Under the pieces are notes generated by a model, which searched no databases, was not told the origin of the DNA, and saw only the letters and a list, made by a program, of their open reading frames with translations. This document shows positions 23,716-36,274 of a stretch of DNA of 64,000 bases, piece after piece. Position 1 is the first letter of the stretch; each line of letters opens with the position of its first letter. The DNA is taken from the NCBI GenBank assembly GCA_013265495.1, contig MU063886.1, positions 1,116,001 through 1,180,000 on the forward strand, given 5' to 3'. The translations under genes were made by a program, and so were the position numbers. Source of the stretch: Vicugna vicugna (lineage: Eukaryota).

Positions 23716-23924
23716 AGGTTTGCCAGATCAATTGTAGGACACCCAATTAAATTTGAATTTCAGAAAAACAAAAACCTTTTTAGTATAAGGATATCTCAAA
23801 TATTGCATGGGACATACTTAAATAATGAATAATTATTTTGCTGTATTTGAAATTTAAATGTAATTGGGTATCCTGGGTTTGGTTTTTTTTTTTTTTTTGT
23901 ATTATTGCTAAATCTAGCATCTCC
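23716..23924. mobile_element. MER53 palindromic hAT MITE
   Basis: aggtttgccagat...ggacacccaattaaatttgaatttcaga...tttagtataagg...gggacatactta...gaaatttaaatgtaattgggtatcctg...gctaaatctagca follows the MER53 consensus and its self-complementary layout. Confidence 0.85.
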
Positions 23925-25029
23925 ACCTATAGGGCTCTATATTTATAGGTCTCTTTTAAATAAAGGAGAAACCAGGAAACTGTTTACCTGCTACACCTTC
24001 TAAATACCTGCATATTTTCTGTAAAAAGAAAAAAGTTGGGGGGGTGTCCTATGAAAAAATGACAAAGAGGAATTTTATGGGCAGTTCTTGCCATAATGTA
24101 GATTCTGCCCGTGACATCTATACTGTGTCAGTTACACACTACTAATGGGACCCTCCCAACAATCTCTATTTCTATTAGAAAATAAGATTAGAGATTTAGG
24201 ATACTTCAAAAATCAGAATGTATTACCTTAAAAGTATTTCTAGTCACACGTCAATGTGGTGAAGTGAAAGCACACCGAGGAGAGTCAAACTAACTTTAAT
24301 AGGAAGCAGCTAGTCACCGCCTAGAGACAAAGGCAGCAGAAGGATTCTCTGTAGGTCACCCTCACGTCCCGCGAGAAGACAGGAGAACCATGCTCTGGCC
24401 TCTTGCATTGACAAGATTGACAAAATCTTAATGGTTATATGGGGTTTTTTTCCTGTGCACAAACTAAACTGGGTCACGATGATTTGTAAACTTCTAACAG
24501 CAGTTGTATAGTCAGAGTTCAATATATTGTATCAGGAAATCACCACTGTGGCATTCATACATTTCTGCTTCAATTTAATCCAAAGTCATCAGGGTTCAAG
24601 AAGGTTTCCTATGGGTTCTGTTCCTTCACGAGGGAAAGACTAATGGGTACAAGTCCTCCCAATATAAAATGAAAAAAGAGATGACCAGGAAAAGGGCTGA
24701 AGTTATAGCCTGCCTGCTCGCCTGGGCAGCCACCGCACAGCCCTCTGCCAGCTAGAGCCATAGCGACAGGCGGGCTGAGCGCCCGCAGAGCAAGCAGTCA
24801 GAGCTGCACTCCACCCCGCGGGGGCCCTCCCAGGGAGAGTGTGGTGTCCAGATGCTGCTGGGAGGCAGCAGTTAGGAGAGGAAGGCAGAGCGTGGACCAA
24901 GTTGTCCTTAAACCGGGGGAGAGCCATGAAACCTGTGGCCAGAGACAGAAAATCCCTCTTCCTGGAGGAAACTTTCTTTGAGGGCCTAAGGCTCCTCGTC
25001 CTTTTTCATTTTTCCCTCTGCTCATGCTT

Positions 25030-25720
25030 TTTTTGTGTATGCATGTCTGTGTATGGTTAAAAATACAGACCTTGAGACCTACCCTCTTAATAAATGCTTA
25101 CGAGTATGCTGCAGTGTGGTCAGCTGCAGCGCTTCCTCCTCTTGCGTAGCTGAACCTTTATGCCTGCTGAAGAGCAGCTCCTCACTTTCCCCTCCCCCTC
25201 GGCGCTGGCAACCACCGTTCCACTTTCTGCTTCAGTGAGTTTGACCTCTATAGGTATCCATTATAAGTGAAATCATGCAGTATTTGCCTTCTGTGACTGG
25301 CCTATTTCACTTAGTATAAAGTCCTCTAGCTCCATGTAGGTTGTAGCTTAGGACAAAACTTCCTTTTTATGGCTGAATAATATTCTATCACATGTATATT
25401 TTTCCCTTTCTTTATCCATTCATCCAATGATACACATTTTAGGCTGTTTCCACTTCTGGGCCATTGTGAATATTATTGCAACTAACATGGGGGTGTAGAT
25501 ATCTCTTAAAGATCCTGATTTTTTTGATAAATACACAAAAGTGGAATTGCTAGATCATATGGTAGTTTTACTTTTATTTTAGTCCTAATTTGTTGAGTAT
25601 TTTTATCATGAAATGTGTTTAATTTTGTCCAGTGTTTTTCCTGCCACTACTGAGATGGTCATGTGATTTTTATCCTTTGTTCTGTTAATATGGATATCAC
25701 ATTGATTGATTGATTATTGT
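25030..25720 (-). mobile_element. Old L1M (L1MA/MB-like) 3' end plus ORF2 fragment
   Basis: taagtgaaatcatgcagtatttgccttctgtgactggcctatttcacttag...ggctgaataatattc...gtggaattgctagatcatatggtag is antisense L1. Confidence 0.85.
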
Positions 25721-28059
25721 CCCTGTAAAACTAAGGCCAAGTACACAAAAGACAGACTTCCACTGGAGTGAAGGGCAACTGTTTAGAAGTTCATTCCTGG
25801 GATCTGTCTCCTTTGCTTTATTTATTTTCTACCTTCCTAACTCATGACTCCTGATTCTAAAGCATAAAGATGTATGAATCCTGGCCAGAGGTTTAAATGG
25901 TGAACCTAGGAGTCAAGTCTGCCTGGCTCCAAAAAGCCAGTGACATTTTATGTGAATCTGAATTAGGCAAATTTGAAATAGTACAGTACAAAATATTACT
26001 TAACATCATGTTTTATACCCCTTCAAAATGTACAGATCTCAATTTTTTTTTAATTGTCAAGAACTGCAAAAATTTAAAGCTTACTGACATATTCAGTTAT
26101 AACTTTTTCTGTCACTGCCACACACACAAAAAATAACTTAGCCTGGTTTAAAAAAAAAACCCATCATTTTTGTCAGTATTTTATGATGTTGCAATTAACA
26201 TGCATCGGTAGTCCTGAGCAATTTTGGTAACCATTATATTGCCCTTAACATGCATCATTATAATTTATCATTTAATATGTATTGTTATTATTAATGGAAT
26301 CCTGAAAAAAAAAAAGATCTCCTTTAACAAACAATGTCATCCAAACATTTACTATGTTGTGTTACTAGAGCAGCTGCTGGAAGTTGCACCTGGAAATCAC
26401 TAACTTCTAGAAACACGCTAGATGTGATACAACACTATGAAGTAGGGCAAACTACTAACATGTGCTCAGCTGTTAATTTTGGAGAGAGTCTGGAGAGAAA
26501 CATTAGGGACACTGCTGAGGAAATAAAAAGCAGTCTTAAAGCAAAAATCTGTAATAACAGTTGAAAGAGTATATGGTCCCAAATTTAATTTGCTCCTCCA
26601 GTCCACTTTTACATGTGTTCCTAAGGGGAAATTAGTCTTGAATTTTGCTAGGTTTTCAGGAATGCATCTCTTGCACAAAGTGCAACCACCCTGCATTTTT
26701 CATTAAAAGCATCTGACAGTATTTTGCCATCTTGTCCAGTTTTATGAAAGAGTCCTGTGGTTTATCAGCAAGAATGGAATTTCCATGAGGATGAAGATTA
26801 ATGTAGCCCCAGAACCTAATACCATGTTTGCCTGGAAAATAATAGTATCTAATAAAAATTTGGTAAATAAATGAACATGCATACAACCTCATAATTTAGC
26901 ACCATCACTAATCCCAAAGATTTCACTCTAAACACTTCCTTCCAGATCATTTATAAGAGTTTTCATTCCTGGGAAAGATATCAATAGTTCTTTATTCAAA
27001 GAATTGACAGTTTATCCCTAATCTTACCTGCCAAATAACAATTTAAAAATTTAATCCTTTCATAATCCAAAGGTATCAAGTCTGCCCTCTATGGATTTTT
27101 TTTTTAATAAAATGCTTTGTTTTGATGCTTTCCATCTGTGCTGAGAGTAAACATAAGAAACAGCTTTTGAAACTCGGCTCTGTGTTCACCGTAACATGCG
27201 ACGAGAAGCTGTTAGTTACATTACACAGGTCTTCTTTACAAGAAATCCCAGAGTAAATTCCTGCTGGCTGCGAGTATCAACAACAAATAGGTTCTCCGAG
27301 CAACTGATTTGCTTTACTCTCTCTGAAACTGTAAGCTCTGTAATTGACAATGTTTCTTTTTGTACTTGGGTTGTCTGTGTGTGTGTGTCTAAGTGCTAGA
27401 AATTCTAGAATCTAAATTTGCGGATCGATGCAATAAGGGTTTAAGACCAATTTCTGGCTATAGTTTTTGTTCCTCTCTTTGCCTTTCTTTTCTTGCCTTT
27501 TCTTTTAATTTAACTTGTGTTTTATTCATCTCTCCTAAGCCCTATGGAACAAGGTAGGGTTTCAAATAACAACAAAATAACGTCAAAATCTATCAAGACA
27601 TCAGTTTTCTTTAACCCTTTGAAGGTGTGAATTAAAACACAGAGCTGGCCTTGTGAGACAGGAAGGTATTGCTTTTCACTAACCATGGTGTGGTTTTTTC
27701 TAGGCTAGATGACATTTTGTTAAGTACTCAGTAACTAACTCTGGTCATAGGTGGCACTAACTTACCTAGTATGAAATCTAGCCTCACTGCTCGGTCGTCT
27801 CCTCTGGGTTTATGCATTTTAGAGGTGGGAGATGGGTTGGAACTAGGGCATAGATCACATTACCCATCACCCTAGCTCAGAGGCTGTGTGTCAAAACCAC
27901 TGCAATTTTTTAATGACCCCTCATAGAGTTATCATCTAGTCTTTACCTGCTGTATTTATATCTGGCTTGACAGTTTACCCTGTATATTTTCCCAGGAACT
28001 GATCCAATAACTCTGATCTATTTGGTAATTTACAAGGGAAGTCCAAGGCACAGAACATG

Positions 28060-28262
28060 CAGAGTCTAGATTCAGATCTGCATTCATATCTCAAATCTGT
28101 TCCTTACCAGCTGTGTGATTTTGGGGTAAATACTCAACCTCTTTGTGCCTCAGTTTCCTTGTCTGTAAAATGAGATTAATAGCAGGAAGTTGTGGGGATT
28201 AAATGAGGCAATGTATGTAAAGTACTTGCAATGGTGCCTGGTGTATGGCTGGCCATCACTAA
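28060..28262 (+). mobile_element. MIR SINE
   Basis: ccttaccagctgtgtgattttggggtaaatactcaacctctttgtgcctcagtttccttgtctgtaaaatgag...attaaatgag...tgtaaagtactt. Confidence 0.85.
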
Positions 28263-29009
28263 AACCGTTTTGTTGCATTACTGCTGCTGCTGTAGTTTAT
28301 CTGAATTCCACGTTCGCACAACACCCATTTCACTGGCTCCCTGAGCCTCTAGCTGACCTCGCCCTCCTTGTGGATATAAAGAGTCCATTATTTTTAGCCT
28401 TGGAGTCCCTTACCAATAGTCTCTTAGATTCTTTTTTTAAGCATGTCTAATTTCTAGTGTATGCCTTCCTGCTTTCCTCAGTTAGCCTGTCTTTCCATTT
28501 TTGAAAAATGGCAGGAGAAAAACCTATTTTATTTTGCCAGTTGACCATGAAGAGTTGTATGTGTGCTTTTGTTGTTTTCTTTAAAGTGCCAGGTCTTTTG
28601 CTTCCTTGGCATGCCTTTATCCTGGACTTTCAGCAAGCTATTCTAAAATAGTCAGGCTGTCTTAGCTTTTAAACTCTTCCTTTCAGTTTTTCCCCTAACA
28701 AATGTTCCCGCTTGGCCATTAAGCTCTTTTCATGAATAATAACATGAGGCATTTCTTTGGTTCGCCTTCTCCCTCTGGAAAGTAAAAACTGCCCTGACAA
28801 CTGCTCACTGACGTTTCGCCCTCAGTCCCTTCCTGCGAGACTCCTAGTCATGTCTTGGGGCCAAGTTCCACGTATTTCTTTCCATCCGGATTATTCTACA
28901 AAGCTGCCTTCTCAGGAACTTCACCTCTACCTGTCTCTCGATCAGTTTTCCTGCCAGCCTGGTTGGAGCCTCCTATTGTTAATTTCTTCATCCACTCAAC
29001 AAGGATGCG

Positions 29010-29252
29010 CATTTGACTATTATAACAACAACAACAACAAAAAATGCTGCAATAAACATGGGAGGGCAAACGGCTCTTTGTGACCTATTTTCATNNNNNN
29101 NNNNNNNNNNNNNNNNNNNNNNNNNNNNNNNNNNNNNNNNNNNNNNNNNNNNNNNNNNNNNNNNNNNNNNNNNNNNNNNNNNNNNNNNNNNNNNNNNNNN
29201 NNNNNNNNNNNNNNNNNNNNNNNNNNNNNNNNNNNNNNNNNNNNNNNNNNNN
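29010..29252 (-). mobile_element. L1 fragment largely hidden by a 158-nt N-run (29095-29252)
   Basis: aatgctgcaataaacatgggagggcaaacggctctttgtgacctattttcat is the antisense L1 ORF2 C-terminal region. Confidence 0.6.
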
Positions 29253-29539
29253 AAGAATAAATGAGTAAAATCAGTCTGCCGCACGACTTAAACTCGCACC
29301 GTTTTGTATGTCAGATGTAATTTTAAAAAAGCACGAGTATTTGAGGAGTCCCTGTCGGCTGTCCAGTTCTCTAGGTGAAGAGTACTTCCCGGTACACAAG
29401 CTACCACTCCTGCCCGGAAGGAAGTTACACTCTGGTGTGGACCAGGGTTATGAGAAGGGGCAAGCACAGGGGCTATGAATGCATTTAGTGGAGGTGCGTC
29501 ATCAGCTATGCTGATTCAGGCAAGACGTCCTGAAGGGGA

Positions 29540-29970
29540 TGATACACTAGCGAGGTAAGAGAGAAAAAGAAATCATCACTACAAAGTTCTCCCACGGTGG
29601 TGCTGACGGGAGCCAGGAGACAGTGGAAGCTCAGTGACAATGACACAGAGAAACATGGTAGCCAACTCTTGCATGAGGCTTGGCCATGCAGGACTAGAAG
29701 GAAATAAGCTGGGAGAATGAAAGCGCGGGGGGAACTGATACAGACAAAATCTTCCAGCGCATCATGGGACGGATGGTCTTGATGTCACGACCCCAGGAAT
29801 GTCTGTGACAACCGAAGGAGAGAGGTGTAAGGAGAGAGGACAGCCACGGGCGTGAGTGGCTGTGAAAGCTGAGGCTGGGTGTCAGGACTGAGAAGACCGC
29901 ACGACCATCAGGAAGATGGTCCACACAGCAGCCCAGGGGCGGGGAGCAGTCAGTAGCAAGGCCCCCTGTA
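29540..29970 (-). mobile_element. Degraded L2
   Basis: Purine-rich antisense L2-like motifs (gaggcttggccatgcaggactagaagg..., gaccatcaggaagatggtccacacagcagcccagggg). Boundaries approximate. Confidence 0.5.
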
Positions 29971-32534
29971 CTGAAGGTCCCGGTCATGCAGAGGAGACCT
30001 GGGAGAGCCAGCACCTTCAAGCAGCACTGGCGGGCAGCATGGTAATACCTGGGCTCCCGGGCCCAAGAAACACGGTTTACAGTCCAGCTGGGCCCCTTAG
30101 TGTGGCCTGGGGACACAGGTCTCTGTGAGTGAGGAGCAACCACAATGCCAACCTGGGGCTGTGGGACTGCTGTCTGAGAAGAATGTCACATGCTAACCGC
30201 TACGTCAAGAGGTCCAGGCCTCCAGACAAGAGACACACATTCCAAAGTGAGGAGCCTGAGGGAGCGTAAATCACCCGGGAGAACACCTGAGACAGAAACA
30301 CGGCTCAGCAGTCAGACCCGACTCAGGGCTTTATCTCTGCCCGCAGATGGGGAGTAACATGGACGCACCGGCTGTTGGCCGAAGAAGAGAGGTTCGTTAC
30401 ACAGCTTTCCCCGGAGAAGGCGGCGCTCTGCCATGAGTGAGGCGGGGCGGCCTCAGTGGAACTGCTCGGAGAATCCCCCACGTGAGCCCGCGGTACGAGG
30501 GAGAGTGTGCCTGGGTCTCCCTTCCCTCTGACGGACCTAAAGGGCTCACTGCCGATGGGCAAGGCGCAGCACAGATGTCTGCACCGGGCTCAGTCTGCAT
30601 GCTTGGAGCTGGTCAGAGCAAAGCTGGGTTGGCATTTGTCGTGGACCAGATGTAGTCACACCAAAGGAAGAGCTGCTGTGTGCTTGTTTCACATCCCATC
30701 CGATTGGGCTGGCCCTACGGGCCACGCACCTGGGCAGACAGGAGCTGGAGGAGGAGCTGCAGGTCCCTGGAGTAGGCCGGGTCCCCCTGTGAGAGAGCGG
30801 TCGCTAAGGGCGCCCCCTTCTGCAGAGAGCTGGGCGGGAGCCGAGGAAAGAGGGGTCACTGTGACAGAGGTGGAAGCTCTGTACGTTATGCAGACTGCGG
30901 AGTCCAGTTTCTGAACTGAGGCCTGGCCTAGTCATTTAATATGACTCTGGAATGACCACAAAATTTATGGAATGAAGTGGGCTTTCTTTTAGAAGAAGCG
31001 AAAGAATTTTCCATGACAAACACAACAGAGAGACAATGAGAGACAAAATTAAGCTTCGCATTGCTTAACACCCACAAGTTTTACAATCGCAATGTCACGT
31101 TACACTGTTATTATTAAACGGTGGGGAGGAGGGTTGGCTTAAGACATGACTGTGTGACATGAAATCTTGAAGAAATGAGGAGTTTTACTTGAAGCTAGAG
31201 AATTTATTAAATTGTAGACACGACGCTGAGGACTGAGAGAAAGGTTAAGCCCTGGCTTGGACCCTGAGATGCACAGAAGAGGTACAGGAAGGGCGCGTGT
31301 CAGTCAAGCACAGAGGCGGAGGGAATGTCTGCGCAGGGGCTGAGGGGGTGGGGTGTCTGGAGTGGGCGGTCCTGACGGGACAGGGTGGAGGTTGAGTCGG
31401 GAGTGAAAGCGGAGCTCAGAGCAGGCAAGAGAAAGAGCAGGTTACGAAGAAGACACTTACATCTGCACTTGGGACCGCAGTGGGGGCAGGGCGGCCGAGT
31501 CTGCCCGAGGGGGCAGGACGTTGCAGCTCCCAGCCGTCAGCCCTAACTCCAGCTCCAGTGCATGTAACAGACCAGGTGACTGTTTTAAATACACATATAC
31601 TTGTTCATATACACATGTACATGACATATGTCTGTGTACGTGGCATGTATGTATGTGATGTACTTGTGTGCACATATGACACACACATGTAAGTCACAAC
31701 CACAGTAAGACTTAATGTCTGCCATTTGTAGTTCATGTGCGATGTCAAGGGCCTACAATGCACAATGATGACTGGTGGTAATGGTACCGCCACGTCCACA
31801 GCAGGGATGTGGTGGGGGAATAATGGAGCCCTGCTCCAAGCACACATCTGCTTTTCCTGGGCTGTGAGGCTGGTGTGCTGAGAGCAGGTCCCCCAGGTGT
31901 GTACGCACATCCACTCAGTATCGTCACTGTACAACTCAGCAGTGAACGTGGAGCTGAAGACGCCTACGGCTGGGAGTTCAGTGAGTGCATTTTCCTCCCC
32001 CCCACCCCCAGCCCCAGCTCTGCAGTTTCCACTGAGATGCACTTGCTCGCGGATGCAAGAGCCCCGTTTGGGGCTGCACTGGTTTTGCCTGCTGCGGCTT
32101 TCCCCCCGGGCTACGGCTGTGGTGCACGTCACCCCACTTAGATTCCAAATACAGGAATGCTAAACCCACGGCCTACTTCTCCATCCAATGCGACGGTTCG
32201 CTTGTGGGGTCTGCCCTGATGTCAGGAGAAGCAGGGTGGGAGGGAGACTCTCCATGGCTCCTCAGGGTGAGATGCTACCTGGACCTCGCCCCTTTCCTAG
32301 CACCTCCTGGGATTCAGCACAGGTGGCCACATGGAAACACGTGCCGGGATTTGGCATTCCCAGGAAGCAAGCCATGTCACAGGCAAGGTGTGCTTATTAA
32401 CTGATTGTGTTTCATTTGTTTTCGGGAATTGCGTTTTATTCCTATTTTGCTGGTACGTGCCTGCTACATACTCCACTTGGCAATTTCCTGAACAGTCTCA
32501 TGCCCAGTGTCTCCAGCACAACGGTAAAAACTGT

Positions 32535-32770
32535 GCAGGCCTTAGAAGAGTTCAGATCTGGCTTCTCAGCTTCGTAGCTCTGTGACCTCAGGCCACTGAG
32601 GGAAACTCTGTGCCTCATTTTCCTTGTTTGAAAAGAGTGTTAGTAAAATAGTCTCCCTCACAGGATTGTCTCAGGGCCCAAGTGAGATGCTCTACGTAAA
32701 ATTCTTAATCCAATCACTGACATTCAGTGGAATATTTATTAGTTACTAATAATCATGGTGTTATTACTAA
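32535..32770 (+). mobile_element. MIR SINE
   Basis: agctctgtgacctcagg...tctgtgcctcattttccttgtttgaaaa...ctcacaggattgt...agtgagatg...gtaaaattctta. Confidence 0.7.
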
Positions 32771-32921
32771 AATCTCCACAAGGGCTGTATGCAGGCTTGG
32801 GGAGTTGAAGGGCTGGTTCCAGGTTACACGATAAAACACTCACCTCAAGCGTCTTTTCACTGTGGTATCACTGAGTCACATTTCAGTATTCAGTGCCAGG
32901 TAAGGCTGGCCACGATCGCTC

Positions 32922-33069
32922 TACCTACTCATCCATCAACCCATGTAACTGTCATCCATTAGCCCCCATCCATGCACGTATCTGTCTGTCCACTCATCCG
33001 TCCATCTATGTACTTATTATCTATCATCTGTCCACCCATCATCCATCCATCCATCAATCCATCCATCTG
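32922..33069. repeat. Degenerate (TCCA)n simple repeat
   Basis: Directly visible. Confidence 0.85.
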
Positions 33070-33879
33070 TTGGGGGTTTTTTTCAGTCATATAATGATTA
33101 ATGTTTAATAGCATTAACTGCCTGTTTCTGTGTCAGGCAAACTTGATCCAAGTCTAACTGGTCTTTATCTCATGTTTCTTTAGAGCAGAGTTTCTGTTTT
33201 ATTCTTTTTTTATTTTCCCTTCTTAAACTTGCAACTTTATGAAACATCACTGGGCCCTTCTCCCTTCAGAGATTAACTTAGAAGAACTCGGCATTCAGTT
33301 CACTTTTTAGTGCTTTAGACATTTTATCTGTGAAATGGAAAAGCACCACTCACCTCCTCCAAAAGGAACATGAGGGATCTGAACACGCATTCAACTGTGG
33401 TGCCTGCAGGACACGGTGTCGTGCTGGCTTCCTGACTAGAGGGCTACACAGAAATGGAAAGAGACCTCGTAGCAAAAACACAAGCCCACTGTGGAATCCA
33501 AACACTCTACTCCAACGTCAGGAGACAGCCTGGATCCTGGGTTTTCAGAGTGTGAGCTGAGTTAGGGAGCCTGGCCTGCCACCCACGTCTTTGCCAACTA
33601 ATGAAGTTTACAATGAAATGTCCTTCATTGGCTCCTGTGGACAAGCATTTTGAAGCTCCTGCAAGAAGCCAAAAGTGACCTCATCCCCGCTGTTATCAGA
33701 TGGAAAGGGAGCCTTCCTTAAGGGCTCTGGGTTTGGGCTGCTTGGATTTGAATGTGGAGAAGGAGTCACAATGGTACCCTCTGTACCAGGTAGGCGTTCA
33801 GTAAATATTTGTGACTATGACCCCCTGACCTTAGCAATCAGCTGGGTTTCAGAACTTTCCATTCATTCTATAGTTAGCT

Positions 33880-34990
33880 TTTTAATTCTCGGGTGACTAA
33901 TGAGTCTGGCTCCCTCTTTCCGGGACCTCCTCTAACGTCCACCACACAGGAAGCTCTGAGTGTTCCTCTGCCAGACACACTTCATTTGGAAAAACTTACT
34001 TTATGAGCTCGTAATGTCAGTTCAGGAAATGAAAGACGCATTTATCTGCGCTATCTTCTGCTTAGACTGGGTGCTAAGGATGCCCATCCCACCCTGAGAT
34101 ACAGGTGATCCACTTTTTTTTTTTGAGGATCTTGTTGTCAGTCTCAGTTTTTACTAAGTTCTGCACACTTTTCTCCAGGTGATCATCATTCTGTTTCCAT
34201 CTACCATCCATGATAAAGACTCCCACATCTGTATCTCTAGGACAAAATTCTGCTCTTCTAAGAGCATGAATTTTATCAGACCTATGTTCACAAAATTATC
34301 ATGGCCATATTTCATCTGCTCCATAGCTTTAAGTTGCTTTACTCTTTCTCTGTCTCTCTGTCGATGTATCTAAAGCTACCACACATAGAAAATCCAGTAC
34401 TACTTGTCATAACTACTTAGCAACTATTTGGAGGTACATGAGGCACCAAGTCCTACTGACTTGAGCTCAAAAACAACTTAAAGCTGGTCTTATTTCCCTC
34501 CCCCACTGCCAAAGGGCTAGATTTTGCCATGGTCTCCTTCTACTTTTTCTCTTTCACTTAATTTCCCAGCTGTACCTAACTCTCTATACCGTATTTCATT
34601 CTTCTAGTGTGTACGTTTTTTACACATTTTAATATCTCTGACGTCAGCATGCTTATTTCTACTGATGATCAGTCAGGCTGGCAGCATTTTGCCCTTCTCA
34701 GTGGCACACATGAACATGGAGAGCTGACAATCAAGGACATCTTAAGTTGGACGAAACGCTGTGGTTCCCTGACGTCGCCACCTCGCTGCTTTTGCTCACG
34801 CTTCCCCCTGCCTCGGGACGCCCTTCCCGCCTCTGCCCACGTCAAGCCTTCTTGGCTTTTAAGGATCAGCTCAGGAACGTCCCTGTCCAGGAAGGTTCTC
34901 AGCCCATCCTCTCCCCAAGCTGGCTCACGTGTGTCTTTCTCTGAGTCCCCATAATATTAGGCACGTATTTCTATAATTAGAGTTCCAGGT
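33880..34990 (+). mobile_element. Degraded L2 fragments
   Basis: L2-like motifs (gactcccacatctgtatctctag..., cttccccctgcctcgggacgcccttcc...aaggatcagctcaggaacgtccctgtccaggaagg). Probably discontinuous. Confidence 0.55.
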
Positions 34991-35094
34991 TTTATTATAC
35001 ACGTCTATGTGGGAGTCTGTGCTGCCCACTGTGACCGTGTTGTGCTCAGTGCCAGCAGCAGAGCCAGCTAAGAGCACAGCCCCAGCTCCGCCGT

Positions 35095-35270
35095 CACAAG
35101 CTGTGGCCTTCGGTAAGTTGTTAACGTCTCCAGGCTTCTGTTTCTTTATCAGAAAACTGGGGACGATATTAGGTACCCATCCCACAGGGGAATTAAGTTA
35201 GTTAATGCACGAAGGGAGCTTGTAATAATGGGCAGTACATAACCATCACTATGTAAGCATTAATTCTTAG
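35095..35270 (+). mobile_element. MIR SINE
   Basis: agctgtggccttcggtaagttgttaacgtctccaggcttctgtttctttatcagaaaactggggacgat...attaagttagttaatgc. Confidence 0.75.
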
Positions 35271-36274
35271 TAATTATCTTTCCATCTGCAATTCCCACTT
35301 AAGTCTAAGTAGAAAGAAAGGATTAAAATTAAACATATCTCTCATGCTTTACACTAGGAACACAAAACACTACTATCCACGGAGCTGGTGGCACCTTTAA
35401 GTGGCCCAGATAAAATGGATCTTTTTCAAGGACAGCAGATCCTAACACGATTTTATCCACTGAAGCTCTTCAAGATCACAGAATCAGGCTGGGTGCTCAA
35501 AGAAAAACTAACCTAAGTCATAATCTTTATCTCACAATTGTTTACCTTCTGTGAACAGAATAACATTTGTCTAAGATTTAGATAAATGAAAGTAGATATC
35601 AGACTGGATAAAGGAAAGCAAATCTGTCTACCAGCTGATGTCATCTGAAATCATGTTTGTCCCCTGTGTGTTCTCAAAGAGGCTTCATGAGACTAATTAG
35701 AAAAAAGGAAACAACAAAAAAAGAAGTATTCTGGACACATCTGGCTCATGTCACCTTTTTCTTTAAAAACAGATTTAACAATCATCATCTGAAACTGATC
35801 TGCTGGTACCAAGAGGGGACAATTCTTTCACGTATCATGAGCTAACAAGCTACAGGAGAAGAAAAGTCAGTCAAAGACATGAAAGAATAATTTACAACAA
35901 AGGCTACCTTTTCATTTAAGTTTTGAAAAGGAGTATGCAATTCTAGTCACCAAATACTAAAACGATGTATGTGTATTTGGTCTCTATTCATTGCCAGCAA
36001 GTAAGAAAGCTAAAGGGGGTGGACACACAGGACAGCTGTGACATCCACTTCAGACGTGGCTAAGTCAACTTTCAGTGTAACATGATGCTTTCTGGTTTCT
36101 GGGACTATCTCAATATTTCAGTTTTTGATCCCTTCTCTAAGGACACATAAATTCAGGTGGAGGGTCAGATGCGGCCTTCAAACCAGAATTTTCCTAGCCC
36201 GGTGCCTGAAACTAATTAGTAACTAAAGTAAATCTCATCCAAACAGTTCTTTCAGTTTCAATATCCTTAAGTGT

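Noticed and set aside
26300-26800. Possible processed pseudogene or DNA-transposon remnant
   Set aside because: No frame gave a recognisable protein and no convincing terminal inverted repeats could be paired by eye.
27022-27050. Minus-strand CAG|GTAAGA as a recursive splice site
   Set aside because: The upstream pyrimidine tract is weak and interrupted by purines, and no long host intron is established.
32840-33400. Strong minus-strand donors GAG|GTGAGT near 32843 and 33352
   Set aside because: They give only 27-nt and 50-nt exons with modest acceptors and no link to the other candidates. They illustrate the background rate of splice-like signals.
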